NCBI GenBank assembly: GCA_030429145.1
Contig: JAUIDC010000001.1
Span: 780,001-812,000, forward strand
Direction: 5' to 3'
DNA from: Candidatus Saccharimonadota bacterium
GTDB taxonomy: Bacteria > Patescibacteriota > Gracilibacteria > Absconditabacterales > Absconditicoccaceae
Length of the DNA: 32,000 nucleotides
The notes under the pieces were generated by a model, which worked only from the letters and a program-made list of their open reading frames with translations, was not told the DNA's origin and ran no database searches. The translations under genes were made by a program, and so were the position numbers. This document shows positions 19,300-29,242 of the stretch, piece after piece (within the stretch, counting starts at the first letter, position 1; each line of letters begins with the position of its first letter).

Positions 19300-21003
19300 T
19301 TACTGTGTAAGGAGCTTTTCTCTTTCGCTCCATACAAAATTGGCTAATTCTTTGATCCTTGCTGGAGAGAAGTCAAATGGTACTCCCGCTGCTTCGTAGA
19401 GTTCAGGGAGCTTTTTTGTAGAACCAAGTGAGAGACCAGTCTTATAAAGCTCCAATGCTTTTTGACGATCTTCTATGTAGTTCTTCCATACGCCAATAGC
19501 CCCAAGCTGTGCTATACCATACTCGATATAGTAAAGAGGGAAATCATAGATATGCATTTGTGCCTGCCAGCGGATATGCTGTACATGCTCGTACTCATTT
19601 CGATCAATAAATGGCTTATATTCATCCAAAAGCTCTTTGAATTTTGCATGTCTTTCTTCGACAGTGTGTGACGGATTTTTATAGAGCCAGTACTGAAAAC
19701 TGTCTACGATTGCTACCCAAGGGAGAATCTCTAATACTCTTTCAATTTCCTGCTCTTGAGCTCTCTTCTTATCTGCAGGATCACTATAAAAGCTGTCCCA
19801 CTCATACATACTCATAAGTTCCATACTCATAGATGCAACTTCAGCCATCTCTATGGGGAAATCTTTGAAGATGTTGAGAGGGATACCTTTTTCTTCTATA
19901 CAAAAGCTATGCATTGCGTGTCCTGCTTCGTGGACAAAAGTGACAACATCCTGCTGCACTCCTGCTGCATTCATGAAGATAAATGGATAGTGTGAAACAG
20001 CAAGAGGATAATTATAGCCACCTGGTGCTTTACCAGGTCTTGATGATAGATCAAAGTGTCCATGTTCTTTCATAGTGCGTAGGTTGTCCGCAAACTCAGA
20101 AGATACAGCTCATACTGCTTGTGTTCATTTTTCTAAGAGTTCATCTCCTGTTTCAAATGGGTTCAGAGGCTCGAGTCATTGTTCAGTAGCATCTTCATCA
20201 TATGGCTTAATCCCATCTATACCAAGTTTTTTGCTTCTTTCTTCATATATCTTTTGTAGTAACGGAACTATATGCTCTTTCACTCCTTTGTGAAAATCAA
20301 ATACATCCTGTTGTGTGTAGTCAAATCTTCTAAATGCATCCCACTGGTACTCAATGAAGCTTTCATACCCAGCATTTTTGGCGATCTGTGTTCTTAGTTG
20401 TATAAGCTCTGAAAGAAGATTATCCAAGGTCTCTTTGTCTTGTTCTCTTCTTGTTCGCATCTTATCATATACCTCTTTTCTGATGACTCTATCAGACAGT
20501 TCAAGGTATTTCTTTGCTTGTTGCATCGTCAATTCTTTTCCGTCGTGTTCTATAGACATATCGCCTGCAATTTCATCGTATTGTTTTTGCTTGTCAGCCA
20601 ATTCTACAAAAAGAGGGATATTCTCTTCTCTATACATTTCTAGTGACTTCTGGATGCCTCTCAATCGTATCTTATATCAACTATTTTCTTGTTGTAACTC
20701 CTCTAGTCCAGGGAGAGCAATGATCTTCTTATTTAATAGGTCCTCGACCTCTTGTATTTTAGGGCTCACCTCTTTGATGAAGGTCTCATATGCTTTCTTA
20801 TATTCCTCATTTTTTGTGTGGCATGACTGATGGATGTATCTTCGTGCAAAATCTTCACTTAAAAATGATTGAAGTGCATCATAATCCTTTATCCACTGCT
20901 CTGTCTCTTCTTTCGTGCTTATTTCACGTTCAACGAGATTGTCAAAATATGGTTTGATGTCCTCGTAGCTGTTGATGGTCAGATTGGTGAGATCAAAGTT
21001 CAT
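19300..21003 (-). CDS. pepF: M3B oligoendopeptidase F-like zinc metallopeptidase (567 aa)
   Basis: Track ORFs 20677..21003, 20176..20664 and 19300..20073 share one frame and are joined by 4 TGA. The HEAGH zinc motif lies in VTFVHEAGHAMH. The overall layout matches PepF. Confidence 0.8.
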
Positions 21004-21027
21004 GAAAGGTAATGATTATAATATAAA

Positions 21028-22038
21028 CTACTTTTTGATAATAAGTATCTGTCTACCGACTTTTTGCTTTGGTCTTTTATAGACTTCTTCGACGAACTCG
21101 TAGTTCACCTTATTGTCATTGAGCCATTCTTCAAGAGATTCTTTCACATAACTGGCTGTTCATTGATGAATAGGTATCGTGCAGACTACTGTTATATACT
21201 CATAGAATGAGTTGATATTCTCGAAAAACGCTTTGTAGAGCTTCACAATGTCATCTTGAGCTTGATAGATCTCTTTGTCTCCTGTTTTCTCTGTAATGAT
21301 GGGTCATAGCCACCCTTCCGTCACGATCAGATTAACGTGCTGTAAAAATGGTTTCTTGAGGGGCTCAAAGATATCATGTTTGAACACAGTTATCCTCTTC
21401 TCTTTTTGCGCAAGGTCCTGCTCTTGCCATCGCTGAGTATTCTGTTTCATGGCTGTCACATCTATATCCGATGCGATACAGTCGTATCCAAGGTAATTGA
21501 CGAGAAAGGCAGTAGTTCCAAGTCCTACAAAAGGATCATATACAGTGATATCATCATCATCATGGCACTGGCTCATACCCATATTTATCATCATATGAGT
21601 GAGTTTCGCTGGCATCATACCTATTTTCATACTATTTACTGGTTTTTCAAAATCTATCGCTTCATAAAGCGAAATATCCTGATATCCTTCGATAGCGATA
21701 ATATTCTCTTCTATAACGAGATATTCTTTCCCTTTTTCTTTTACTTCAAGGTCTGTCTTCGTAGGATCTACTTCTTTAAACCTCCTTGTGAGTCCCTCTT
21801 TTTTCACCTCTTTTCCAAAATCTCTCTCATTGGTTCCTATGATATCGACAGGAGTAATGTCCTTCTTTGTAATACACTTTCCCCATTTTATGATACCAGC
21901 AAGTTTTGATAATAACTCTGGTTTTTTTGTGTCAAAAAGGACGATATTTTGAGATATCGTGATGTTTGTTGGCTGTACCAGCTCAAGCTCTTTGAGAGAA
22001 ATGTGTTTGTGTTTACCGAGCACTGCGCCGTACATCAA
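21028..22038 (-). CDS. class I SAM-dependent methyltransferase-like protein (UPF0020/Trm11-like) with a non-canonical motif IV
   Basis: SAM motif I is VYDPFVGLGTTAF. At the position of (D/N)PPY the sequence reads LIVTEGWL-G-PII, with TGA at 21304-21306. A second TGA lies at 21160-21162. Stop is TAG 21028-21030. Confidence 0.55.
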
Positions 22039-22061
22039 GAATGTATTAGTTAGAGGTAAAA

Positions 22062-22517
22062 TTAGGTATTTTTGATATTCGCAAGTTTCATGTCTGCTCC
22101 AATCTTTTCGATTTCAGTAAGTTTTTTTGCCAATTCTTCAGGATTGTCTCCGTCTTTGAGTTCTTCAGCCTCTTTGATAAGTGTGTTTTTCATCTGCTGT
22201 AGTACCTCCTCACTACTTTCAGGATTGACCGTTACGTCATTGGCAAGAATAGTGATGTTTTCGCCATCTACGTAGATAAGACCGTTGGAAACGCTGAGGA
22301 AAATCTTATGGTCTTTAAAAAGAAACTGTGCATCTTTGACCAGTGAGACGGTAAGCACCTCTTCTGGCTGTATCTGCATGATCCCAGGTTTTAAGATAGA
22401 CATAAGCGGGATGTGGTTTTTGAGGACGGTGATCTCCCCTATTTCGGTTGGAATTGAAGCTGATACAATATTTCCCGAGAAGATCGTTTTGTCGGGAGAT
22501 GTGACTTTGAGATACAT
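22062..22517 (-). CDS. atpC: F-type ATP synthase epsilon subunit
   Basis: LKVTSPDKTIFSGNIVSASIPTEIGEITVLKNHIPLMSILKPGIMQI...SNGLIYVDGENITILAND matches the AtpC beta-sandwich, and a helical tail follows. Confidence 0.8.
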   Translation of the reverse strand: MYLKVTSPDKTIFSGNIVSASIPTEIGEITVLKNHIPLMSILKPGIMQIQPEEVLTVSLVKDAQFLFKDHKIFLSVSNGLIYVDGENITILANDVTVNPESSEEVLQQMKNTLIKEAEELKDGDNPEELAKKLTEIEKIGADMKLANIKNT

Positions 22518-22595
22518 ATAGTGAATGAGTTTATTTCCTAAAGCCTAGTTGGTCGTTGGTTACATAGTAGTGAATGGCAGTTTTTTTTCAACAAG

Positions 22596-22635
22596 AAAAG
22601 CCGGGGCGCAGTCCGTCGACACCTACCGGCTTTTG
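22596..22635 (-). terminator. terminator after ftsZ
   Basis: agccgg (22599-22604) pairs with ccggct (26-31 of the 226xx block, i.e. 22626-22631) around a GC-rich loop containing gtcgac. A T-rich tract follows on the minus strand. Confidence 0.5.
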
Positions 22636-22659
22636 TATGTAGAATACTTCTACCAATGT

Positions 22660-23871
22660 TTACTTCCCTTCGTTCATAAGTCTTTTTCTCATGAAAGGAG
22701 GAGTCTCAAAGTCCTGTTGAGGTTTTGCCTCTTCAGGAGTTTCTTGCTTTGCAGGAGTGTTGTCTCTTGCAGTGTTGAGCTCTCTTGATACGAAATCTTC
22801 GCTTCTGCTTGCTCTAGCACCACCCATGAAACCACTTGCTCTTGTTCCACCAAACTTTCCAGCGCCACTCATCTCTCTGAGTGAACCACCTTTGATCATT
22901 GTGTCCTGATTTCCTTCAGAGAATCCAGTAGCAATGATGGTTACCTTTACTTCACCTTGGTATGACTCGTCGATTGACATACCCCAGATGATGTTTGCAT
23001 CTGGATCTGCGATCTCTTCTACGATGCGAGCTGCCTCCTGTACTTCAATTGGAGTCAGATCATCACCACCAGTCACGGCAAAGATGATGTTTGTAGCACC
23101 TGAGAGATGAGACTCGAGAAGAGGGTTATCGATAGCTCTTCTTGCAGCCTCTACTGCTCTTGCTTCACCATCACCATATCCGATACCAAGAAGTGCAGTA
23201 CCAGAGTTTTGCATGATACGCTTGATATCCGCAAAGTCGATATTGATGAGTCCTGGCTTGATAACAAGGTCAGTGATACCCTGTACACCGAGTGTTAGGA
23301 TTTTATCAATCATAGAGAATGCTTGTTTGAACGTTGTCTTTTTATCAACGATGTTGAAGATCTTGTCGTTAGGAATGATGATAAGCGTATCAACATTGCT
23401 CTTAAGTCTTTCAAGACCATCAGTTGAGTTGATAAATCTCTGTTTCCCTTCAAAAGAGAATGGCTTTGTAACAACTGCAACAGTGAGGATTCCCATCTCT
23501 TTCGCTACCTGAGCGATAACAGGAGCACCACCAGTTCCAGTTCCTCCACCCATTCCGGCAGAGATAAATACCATATCTGCATCTTTGAGAACATGCTTGA
23601 TGCTTTCTACATCTTCTTCGGCAGCCTTTCTTCCGATATCTGGATTAGCTCCAGCTCCGAGACCCTTTGTAAGGTTGAGACCGATATTTACTTTGTGAGG
23701 AGCGAGACTATTTGCAAGCTGTTGAGCGTCAGTATTTACTGATACAAATTCTACTCCCTGAATTCCTTCTGAAATCATGCGGTTTACCGCGTTCACACCT
23801 GCTCCACCGACACCAATGACTTTTATACGTGCGCCAGGGATAAACTCAGGATTAATTTCTTGAATAACCAT
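22660..23871 (-). CDS. ftsZ: cell division GTPase FtsZ
   Basis: Motifs seen are IKVIGVGGAGVNAVNRM, NTDAQQL, GLGAGANPDIG, AGMGGGTGTGGAPV and the C-terminal PPFMRK peptide. No in-frame TGA. Confidence 0.97.
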   Translation of the reverse strand: MVIQEINPEFIPGARIKVIGVGGAGVNAVNRMISEGIQGVEFVSVNTDAQQLANSLAPHKVNIGLNLTKGLGAGANPDIGRKAAEEDVESIKHVLKDADMVFISAGMGGGTGTGGAPVIAQVAKEMGILTVAVVTKPFSFEGKQRFINSTDGLERLKSNVDTLIIIPNDKIFNIVDKKTTFKQAFSMIDKILTLGVQGITDLVIKPGLINIDFADIKRIMQNSGTALLGIGYGDGEARAVEAARRAIDNPLLESHLSGATNIIFAVTGGDDLTPIEVQEAARIVEEIADPDANIIWGMSIDESYQGEVKVTIIATGFSEGNQDTMIKGGSLREMSGAGKFGGTRASGFMGGARASRSEDFVSRELNTARDNTPAKQETPEEAKPQQDFETPPFMRKRLMNEGK

Positions 23872-23938
23872 ACTGTTGTAAAGTTTATAAAGTTAAAGGT
23901 ATATGTTCAACTAATAGCTTATATTATGATGATTTTTG

Positions 23939-25135
23939 TTAGAAGACATTTTTTATCCACTCTCGTACTTTATTGAGCCGATTTGAGTTGATACCGATAT
24001 TGAAGTTAATGTTTTTGAAGAGACCTCTTCTTCCTTCGTAGTATTTCTCTGATCGAGTGTACACTCCGATAAGATTGATAAACTGTGGATTGAGAGATAG
24101 CTCTCCGAGGTTCATTACTCTGTCTTTTCCATTGTGAGCGACAAGTTTGAAGACAGATTTAGCAAATATATCAAGGTTTTTCATCTTAGCTCCTCCTCCT
24201 ACAAGGATGATGCCTCATGGCAATCTTCCGTCTCTTTCTATCTCAGCGAACTCTTCATTGATGAGTTCGAAGATTTGTTCGTATCTTGCTCCGATGATCT
24301 CCGAGAGGAATCCTACGTCTATCTGTGTATCTTCTACGGGATCCTTTTCATTGATCATGAGTATTCCGTTTGCTTTTTTCATCTCCTCTGCTTCTTTGAT
24401 GTCGACTTGCATACCGAGTGAGATATCTCTTGTGACATCTTCACCACCTACAGGAAGTGTACCATATGCAAGTGGATTGCCCTCTTCATAGACCACATAG
24501 GTCGTATGATTTGCTCCGATATCTACGAGCGCTACCCCAAGGTCTTTCATGTCAAAGTCGAGAGCAACTTCGCTAGCACCAAGGATATTTGGTACGATAT
24601 CAACAACGTTGAGATTGAGTTTGTCGAAGATATCTACGAGATTGTTATAGAAGTTCTTCGGGATCATAAACACATCTGCAACGAGCTCGAGCTTCTTCGC
24701 TTGAAGACCAAGCGGATCCTTTTCTCTCTTCGTATCATCAATAAGCCGGTATACAGGCATGATTTTCAATGTTTCGTAGTTAGCGTGACCGCTTATTTCA
24801 CTCACGATTCTTGAAAGATGCTGAATATCATCATTGGTGATTTTTTCACTCATAATTCTCTTTTGCTCTTGGATTCTTGTTACCATCATCTCAGGATGAG
24901 AGATGCCGATGAAGACCTGTTCAAGAAAATCTCCTCCTAGCTTCTTATGAAATCCGTCAATAATGTTGCTCATAGAGAGCGTAAGGTCGTCCATATCGAG
25001 TACTTTCCCCTTGCGGAGACCTTTTGTCTTGACGATTTCCTTCGCCAAAATCAGCTGTTTTCCGTCGTCTTTTCCAAAGAGAGCCGCTTTGATGTATCCG
25101 TTCCCTATGTCAAATATTGCTTTGAGTTCCTGCAT
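23939..25135 (-). CDS. ftsA: cell division protein FtsA
   Basis: Motifs seen are AIFDIGNGYIKAAL, LVDIGANHTTYVVY and DGRLP-G-GIILVGGGAK, with TGA at 24215-24217. Track ORFs 24215..25135 and 23939..24184 are in the same frame. Confidence 0.9.
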
Positions 25136-25210
25136 ACCTAAATCACCGATACTTAAAGAGATAAAAGCTTTGTATTGTGTTTATGTAAATACTCTGTCAA
25201 TACAAGATGA

Positions 25211-25256
25211 TAAAAAAAAATACCGATAGCTCATGGTTATCAGCATCTTTTTTGCT
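25211..25256. terminator. probable terminator between the pilin-like gene and ftsA
   Basis: Imperfect stem ccgata/tatcag, flanked by A9 (25212-25220) and T6 (25248-25253). Confidence 0.4.
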
Positions 25257-25295
25257 ATATAACTTATGGTTATATGGCTGTAAATTATCTTATTT

Positions 25296-26150
25296 CTAGT
25301 TTATATCTCCTCCTTGTCGGCTTGAACAAAGTCAATTTGCACCATAGGTTTTACACTTCTGTTGATAGACACTATTAACTCTGGTATCAAAGAACATCCT
25401 ATATATCTGTCTACACTGTATGCTTCTGTTGCAGATATTAAAGTTGATGGCACCAGTGTATGCATTTCTGTAGAGTGAGGTGTTATTGATGTCGTGAGTA
25501 TAGCGTAATTTCATTTTTTGAGATACATTTATATCTGTTGTTTCATTTTGAAAGGTAAGAAGGATGGCGGTTGCATCAAAATCGTTATCCAAGGAGATGA
25601 AGTAGTTATTGTTGATACAGCTCACGTGGATATTGTTGTATCCGCTTATGATATTGTGAAATACAGGTAGCTGCGTTGCCATGTACTGATAGGTCGATGA
25701 GGTAAGCACGAGTGGGGCCTCTCCTGTTCCTCTGTAGAAGTTTTGTAGAGATGCTACATTATCAACGTCGACGGTTACTCCTGTTCGACTAGTAGACCAG
25801 CTACTTTGATCAGACCAAATAGAGCCAAGGTTCGGCACTCCTCTTATATCGATACCAGTACCAAAACTTCCTCCACCTGGGTACACAGCAGGAAATCTGA
25901 AAAAGAGAGCTATCCAGTCGGGGCTCGTTGCATTCAATCCTGTCATATTTCCGCCTGAGAGGGATCTGTTTCTACTGAGCAGTGATGCGAGGTGTAGTTC
26001 GTTTACTATACTGTGGACATTGTTAGCGCAGACCTCTCCTTCAAAGTATATTTGATTTTCGCTTGTGAAGAGATTTCTGGACATTAAAAGCATCAACCCC
26101 AAAATAATCATCACTACGATAAGCTCGATAATAGTGAAGGCTTTTTTCAT
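25296..26150 (-). CDS. type IV pilin-like / pseudopilin protein with a prepilin N-terminal motif
   Basis: MKKA-FTIIELIVVMIILGLMLLM has the FT(L/I)IE class III signal with Glu+5. The track ORF ends at TGA 25332-25334. Table 25 extends it by 12 codons (the TGA codon plus 11 more) to TAG 25296-25298. Confidence 0.7.
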
Positions 26151-26175
26151 AGAGACTAATCAGGAAATAAAGAGA

Positions 26176-27321
26176 TTATTTTACTAGTGGTCTGATGACA
26201 TATCTATAGTTTGCATCATCTTTATCCATGAAAATAACTGGTTTTTCTCCGTTAACGATATTAACAGAAATATCACTTCCTTCTATGGCTTTTACAAAGT
26301 CTGTGACATACTTTCCGTTGAGACCCATGGTTGCGTCAGGTCATTCTACGACAGCAGAGAGCGTACTATTTGCCTCACCTCTATCTGTTTCTCCTGAATT
26401 GATGAAAAGTGTGTCTGGTGAGACTTCGAGTGAGATATAATTGTTAATATCTCTTGTAATGATAGAGATCTTTCTAATAGCCTTTTCAATCTGGTTTTTA
26501 TCAATCACTACCTTTGTCTGGAAGTCAGTAGGCATGATATTCTCATTTTCATACTCTGGGAAAGAACCCTGGATAAGCAGAGATGTCATGACAATTTGCA
26601 TATCATCAAGATTTGCACTACATGAGAGAAGATTGTCAGAAAACTTCATAGCTATCTGCTCTCCTCCTTTTGAGATGAAATAGTCTACCACTTTTTTTAC
26701 ATCACCGATGTTGGTCTTTGGTATGATTACGTCCATGTTGCCACCTGCATCTCCGTGGAAATCTATCTTGTATTCGGCAAGTCTGAAAGAGTCTGTACCG
26801 ACGAAAACAAGTTTATGTGCTTTTTCTGTCGCTTTGAGTCTCATAAGGATACCTGTTAAGACAGGAGAGAAATTCTTTTCAGTCACAGCATATTCGACCT
26901 TACCAACACCTTTTGAGAAAGCAGCTGCATCAAATGTGATGCTCTTATCACTCTGTACCTCTGGCACAGCAACGTACTCACTTGCAGAAATTCCTTTAAT
27001 CTTGAAATCATCAGATGATGTTTTGATAGTCATAAGGTCTTTTACGCTATCCACATGTATCTGTACCTGTTCATCATCTATAGTCTTCATGATATCACCA
27101 AATGTTCTTGCATTTACAGTGATAGCACCTTCTGTATCTATACTAGCAGGCATTTGTACTTCAATATACTTTTCCATATCTGTTGCTCTGAGCAAGATAG
27201 TATCTATATTTCCTTTAATATAGATGTTTTCAAGAATAGGTAATGTCGAGTGCTTCGAAACAAATCTTCCTACGATATCGATAACTTCCTGCAGCTGTGC
27301 TGTCTTCAATGTAACTTTCAT
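26176..27321 (-). CDS. dnaN: DNA polymerase III beta sliding clamp
   Basis: The N-terminus MKVTLKTAQLQEVIDIVGRFVSKHSTLPILENIYI is typical. After TGA 26341-26343 the frame continues PDATMGLNGKYVTDFVKAI...YRYVIRPLVK, the canonical DnaN C-terminus. 381 aa. Confidence 0.9.
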
Positions 27322-27358
27322 GCAGATAACAGATTTATAAGGCTAAAAACGAATGTTT

Positions 27359-28063
27359 TTATTGTCAGTAGTTTCTTTTATTTGCTATGCTGTCAAATCG
27401 CTTCAGTGATTCGTCGAGATCCGTACTCGTAAAGTCAGGATAGGTTTTTGGACTAAAGTAGAGTTCGGCATATCCTATCCATCGAGACATAAAGCCTGAT
27501 GTTCTTTGTGCTTCGTCTCCTTTGGTTCTGATGACCATCTCTACAGGAGGTAGTGTACCGAGGTCCATGTGTTTACTCAACTCCTCTTCCGAGATAGTAG
27601 TGATTTGTTTCTTTTCTTCAAGTATCCTATTGATACCTCTTACAATCTCGTCTCTTCCTCCATAATTGAGCGCAAATACTGCATATTTTTCCGAATCAGG
27701 GAATGAGAAGTTCTTTTGTTTATTATCAAGAAACGCTTTAAAGTCATCTGGTATCCCTATGGGATTTCCAATTCGCTTAAAGTTAATATGATGTTCTGCT
27801 AAAAATTCATCTAGATCATTTCCTATCGTTTTGTAGATGCTGAAGATGAAATCTAGCTCTGCTTCTGATCTTTTCTGTAGATTCTCTGTGCTGAGAAATC
27901 GTCCAGTAACCACCTTCGTCTCAGTTGTGGTAAACACATGTTTAAAGAGGTCTATTGTGTTCTTTGCTCAAGCAAAATGACCGTCCATAGGTGCAAGTCA
28001 CTGCTCTTTTGCCCAAGTTCTGTTTCCATCTGCAATGATGGCAATATGCTGTGGATATATCAT
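27359..28063 (-). CDS. uppS: undecaprenyl (isoprenyl) diphosphate synthase
   Basis: MIYPQHIAIIADGNRTWAKEQ-G-LAPMDGHFA-G-AKNTIDL, with TGA at 27998-28000 and 27968-27970. Both align by eye with Gly in E. coli UppS (KKQG, KAGAK). Other motifs are ALNYGGRDEI and RTSGFMSRWIGYAELYF. A third TGA lies two codons before the TAA stop. Confidence 0.88.
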
Positions 28064-28088
28064 GAGTTACAAAATGCTTATATAATGA

Positions 28089-28874
28089 TTAGTCATCAGA
28101 TTTTTTATAGTGCTGTTCATAATAGCTGATACATCTCTGGAGTATGAGTTCGAGCTTTTCCATATGTGCGAGATCTTTTTTATCAATATGTAGTTTCAAG
28201 CTGAAATAGCCCTTGTAGTCGGCCGCATGAAGCTTGTTCATGAGAGAAGGGATATTGAGTATACCATCTCCAGGAATTACATGCGACTGATCGTATTGTG
28301 TTTTATCTGAAAGATAAATGGTCGAGATATACGGCACAAAGTTCTTGAGATTTCTGAGGAGTGTGCTATCAAACTCCTCTTCTTCCAGATTTGCGATATC
28401 GAGACCAAGATTCGCGTGATATGTTTTGATGATTTTAATCACGCTATTGAAACGATATTTGGGAAGTGCAAGGAGGATAGTTCCCTTTTCTGGATTGATA
28501 ATAGAAAATTTGATGTTTGGATTTGATTTCTTGTATGAGTTGAGGTTGTCTACCACGAACTTGTATGATTTGATATTGAAAAACCCTGGAGGGTTGATAG
28601 TTATCGTGTCGACGCCTAGCTCCCCTGCAAGGTCCAATGCCTGATTCATCTCTTTGATATTAATATCCTTCGACGTTTGGATCACTTTCACTGGGAGATC
28701 GTACTTTTCTACAAGTCTTTTGACGTATGCGATATTTCGACTGTCGAAATTCTTCCATATAGCAAGGTCGATACCGTCAAATCCGTTTTTCTTTGCAACC
28801 TCAAAAATAAGGTCTAGTCAATATCCTGTCAGCGTATCGGTACTGAGCAGAAGTGGTGGTCTAGTCTCTGCCAT
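28089..28874 (-). CDS. xylose isomerase-like TIM-barrel (sugar phosphate isomerase/epimerase family) protein
   Basis: MAETRPPLLLSTDTLTGY-G-LDLIFEVAKKNGFDGIDLAIW, with TGA at 28818-28820, is joined in frame to track ORF 28089..28691. The layout is typical of the AP_endonuc_2 family. Weak by-eye call. Confidence 0.5.
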
Positions 28875-29060
28875 GGGCTTTAAGAAACATAAAAACAATA
28901 AAGCTTTGGGATTAATCTATACAAATATCCATATAGTTCAATAGAAAAATGACAAATATTATAAACCATATATATTCTTTCCACGAGGGAGTATTTACAT
29001 AGTTATATCAAGTATCACCTTTCTTTTTTCCAATTTCTCTCTTACAACGATTCTCTACGA

Positions 29061-29091
29061 GTTACTTTTTAGCATTGCCCTAAAAAGTAAC
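29061..29091. repeat. perfect 12-bp stem hairpin
   Basis: gttactttttag (29061-29072) and ctaaaaagtaac (29080-29091) are exact reverse complements with a 7-nt loop (cattgcc). No adjacent U-tract on either strand. Confidence 0.6.
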
Positions 29092-29103
29092 CAAAAAGCT
29101 CTA

Positions 29104-29231
29104 GTCGAATACAGCGTTTGGCGTCACTGCAATTCACGAATGTCATCTCCCTTCCCGACGTGTCGGGTCCCTCGGGTCGATGATAACAGAGTTGTTTGCA
29201 GACAGATTATTTCTCACGCAGTGTATTCGAC
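29104..29231. other. 128-nt structured element closed by a 10+3 bp terminal helix (candidate small ncRNA or MITE)
   Basis: gtcgaataca (29104-29113) pairs with tgtattcgac (29222-29231), and gcg (29114-29116) pairs with cgc (29217-29219). An internal GC hairpin is cccgac/gtcggg (29154-29167). Further complementary segments are ctgcaa/ttgcag and tcatc/gatga. The element is visibly GC-richer than the flanks and has no convincing ORF. Confidence 0.4.
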
Positions 29232-29242
29232 GATTATATTGT

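Noticed and set aside
20354-27223. Long antisense track ORFs inside pepF (20354..20830), the methyltransferase (21376..21909), ftsA (24147..24491, 24506..24814) and dnaN (26708..27223)
   Set aside because: Each lies opposite a gene with strong homology. The translations are Ser/Leu/Phe/Ile-rich, as expected for shadow frames of AT-rich coding DNA.
26176-27321. Replication origin next to dnaN
   Set aside because: No dnaA gene flanks dnaN (uppS lies upstream, the pilin-like gene downstream). I saw no cluster of DnaA-box-like 9-mers in the short flanking gaps.
29104-29231. Calling the structured element an SRP (4.5S) RNA
   Set aside because: The minus strand has loose resemblances (CTCTGTT, GGAAGGGAGATGAC) to E. 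coli 4.5S. However, the apical loop is CACG/CGTG rather than a GNRA tetraloop, and the conserved GGAA...AGCA helix-8 loops are not present. No tRNA-like, tmRNA or RNase P hallmarks either.
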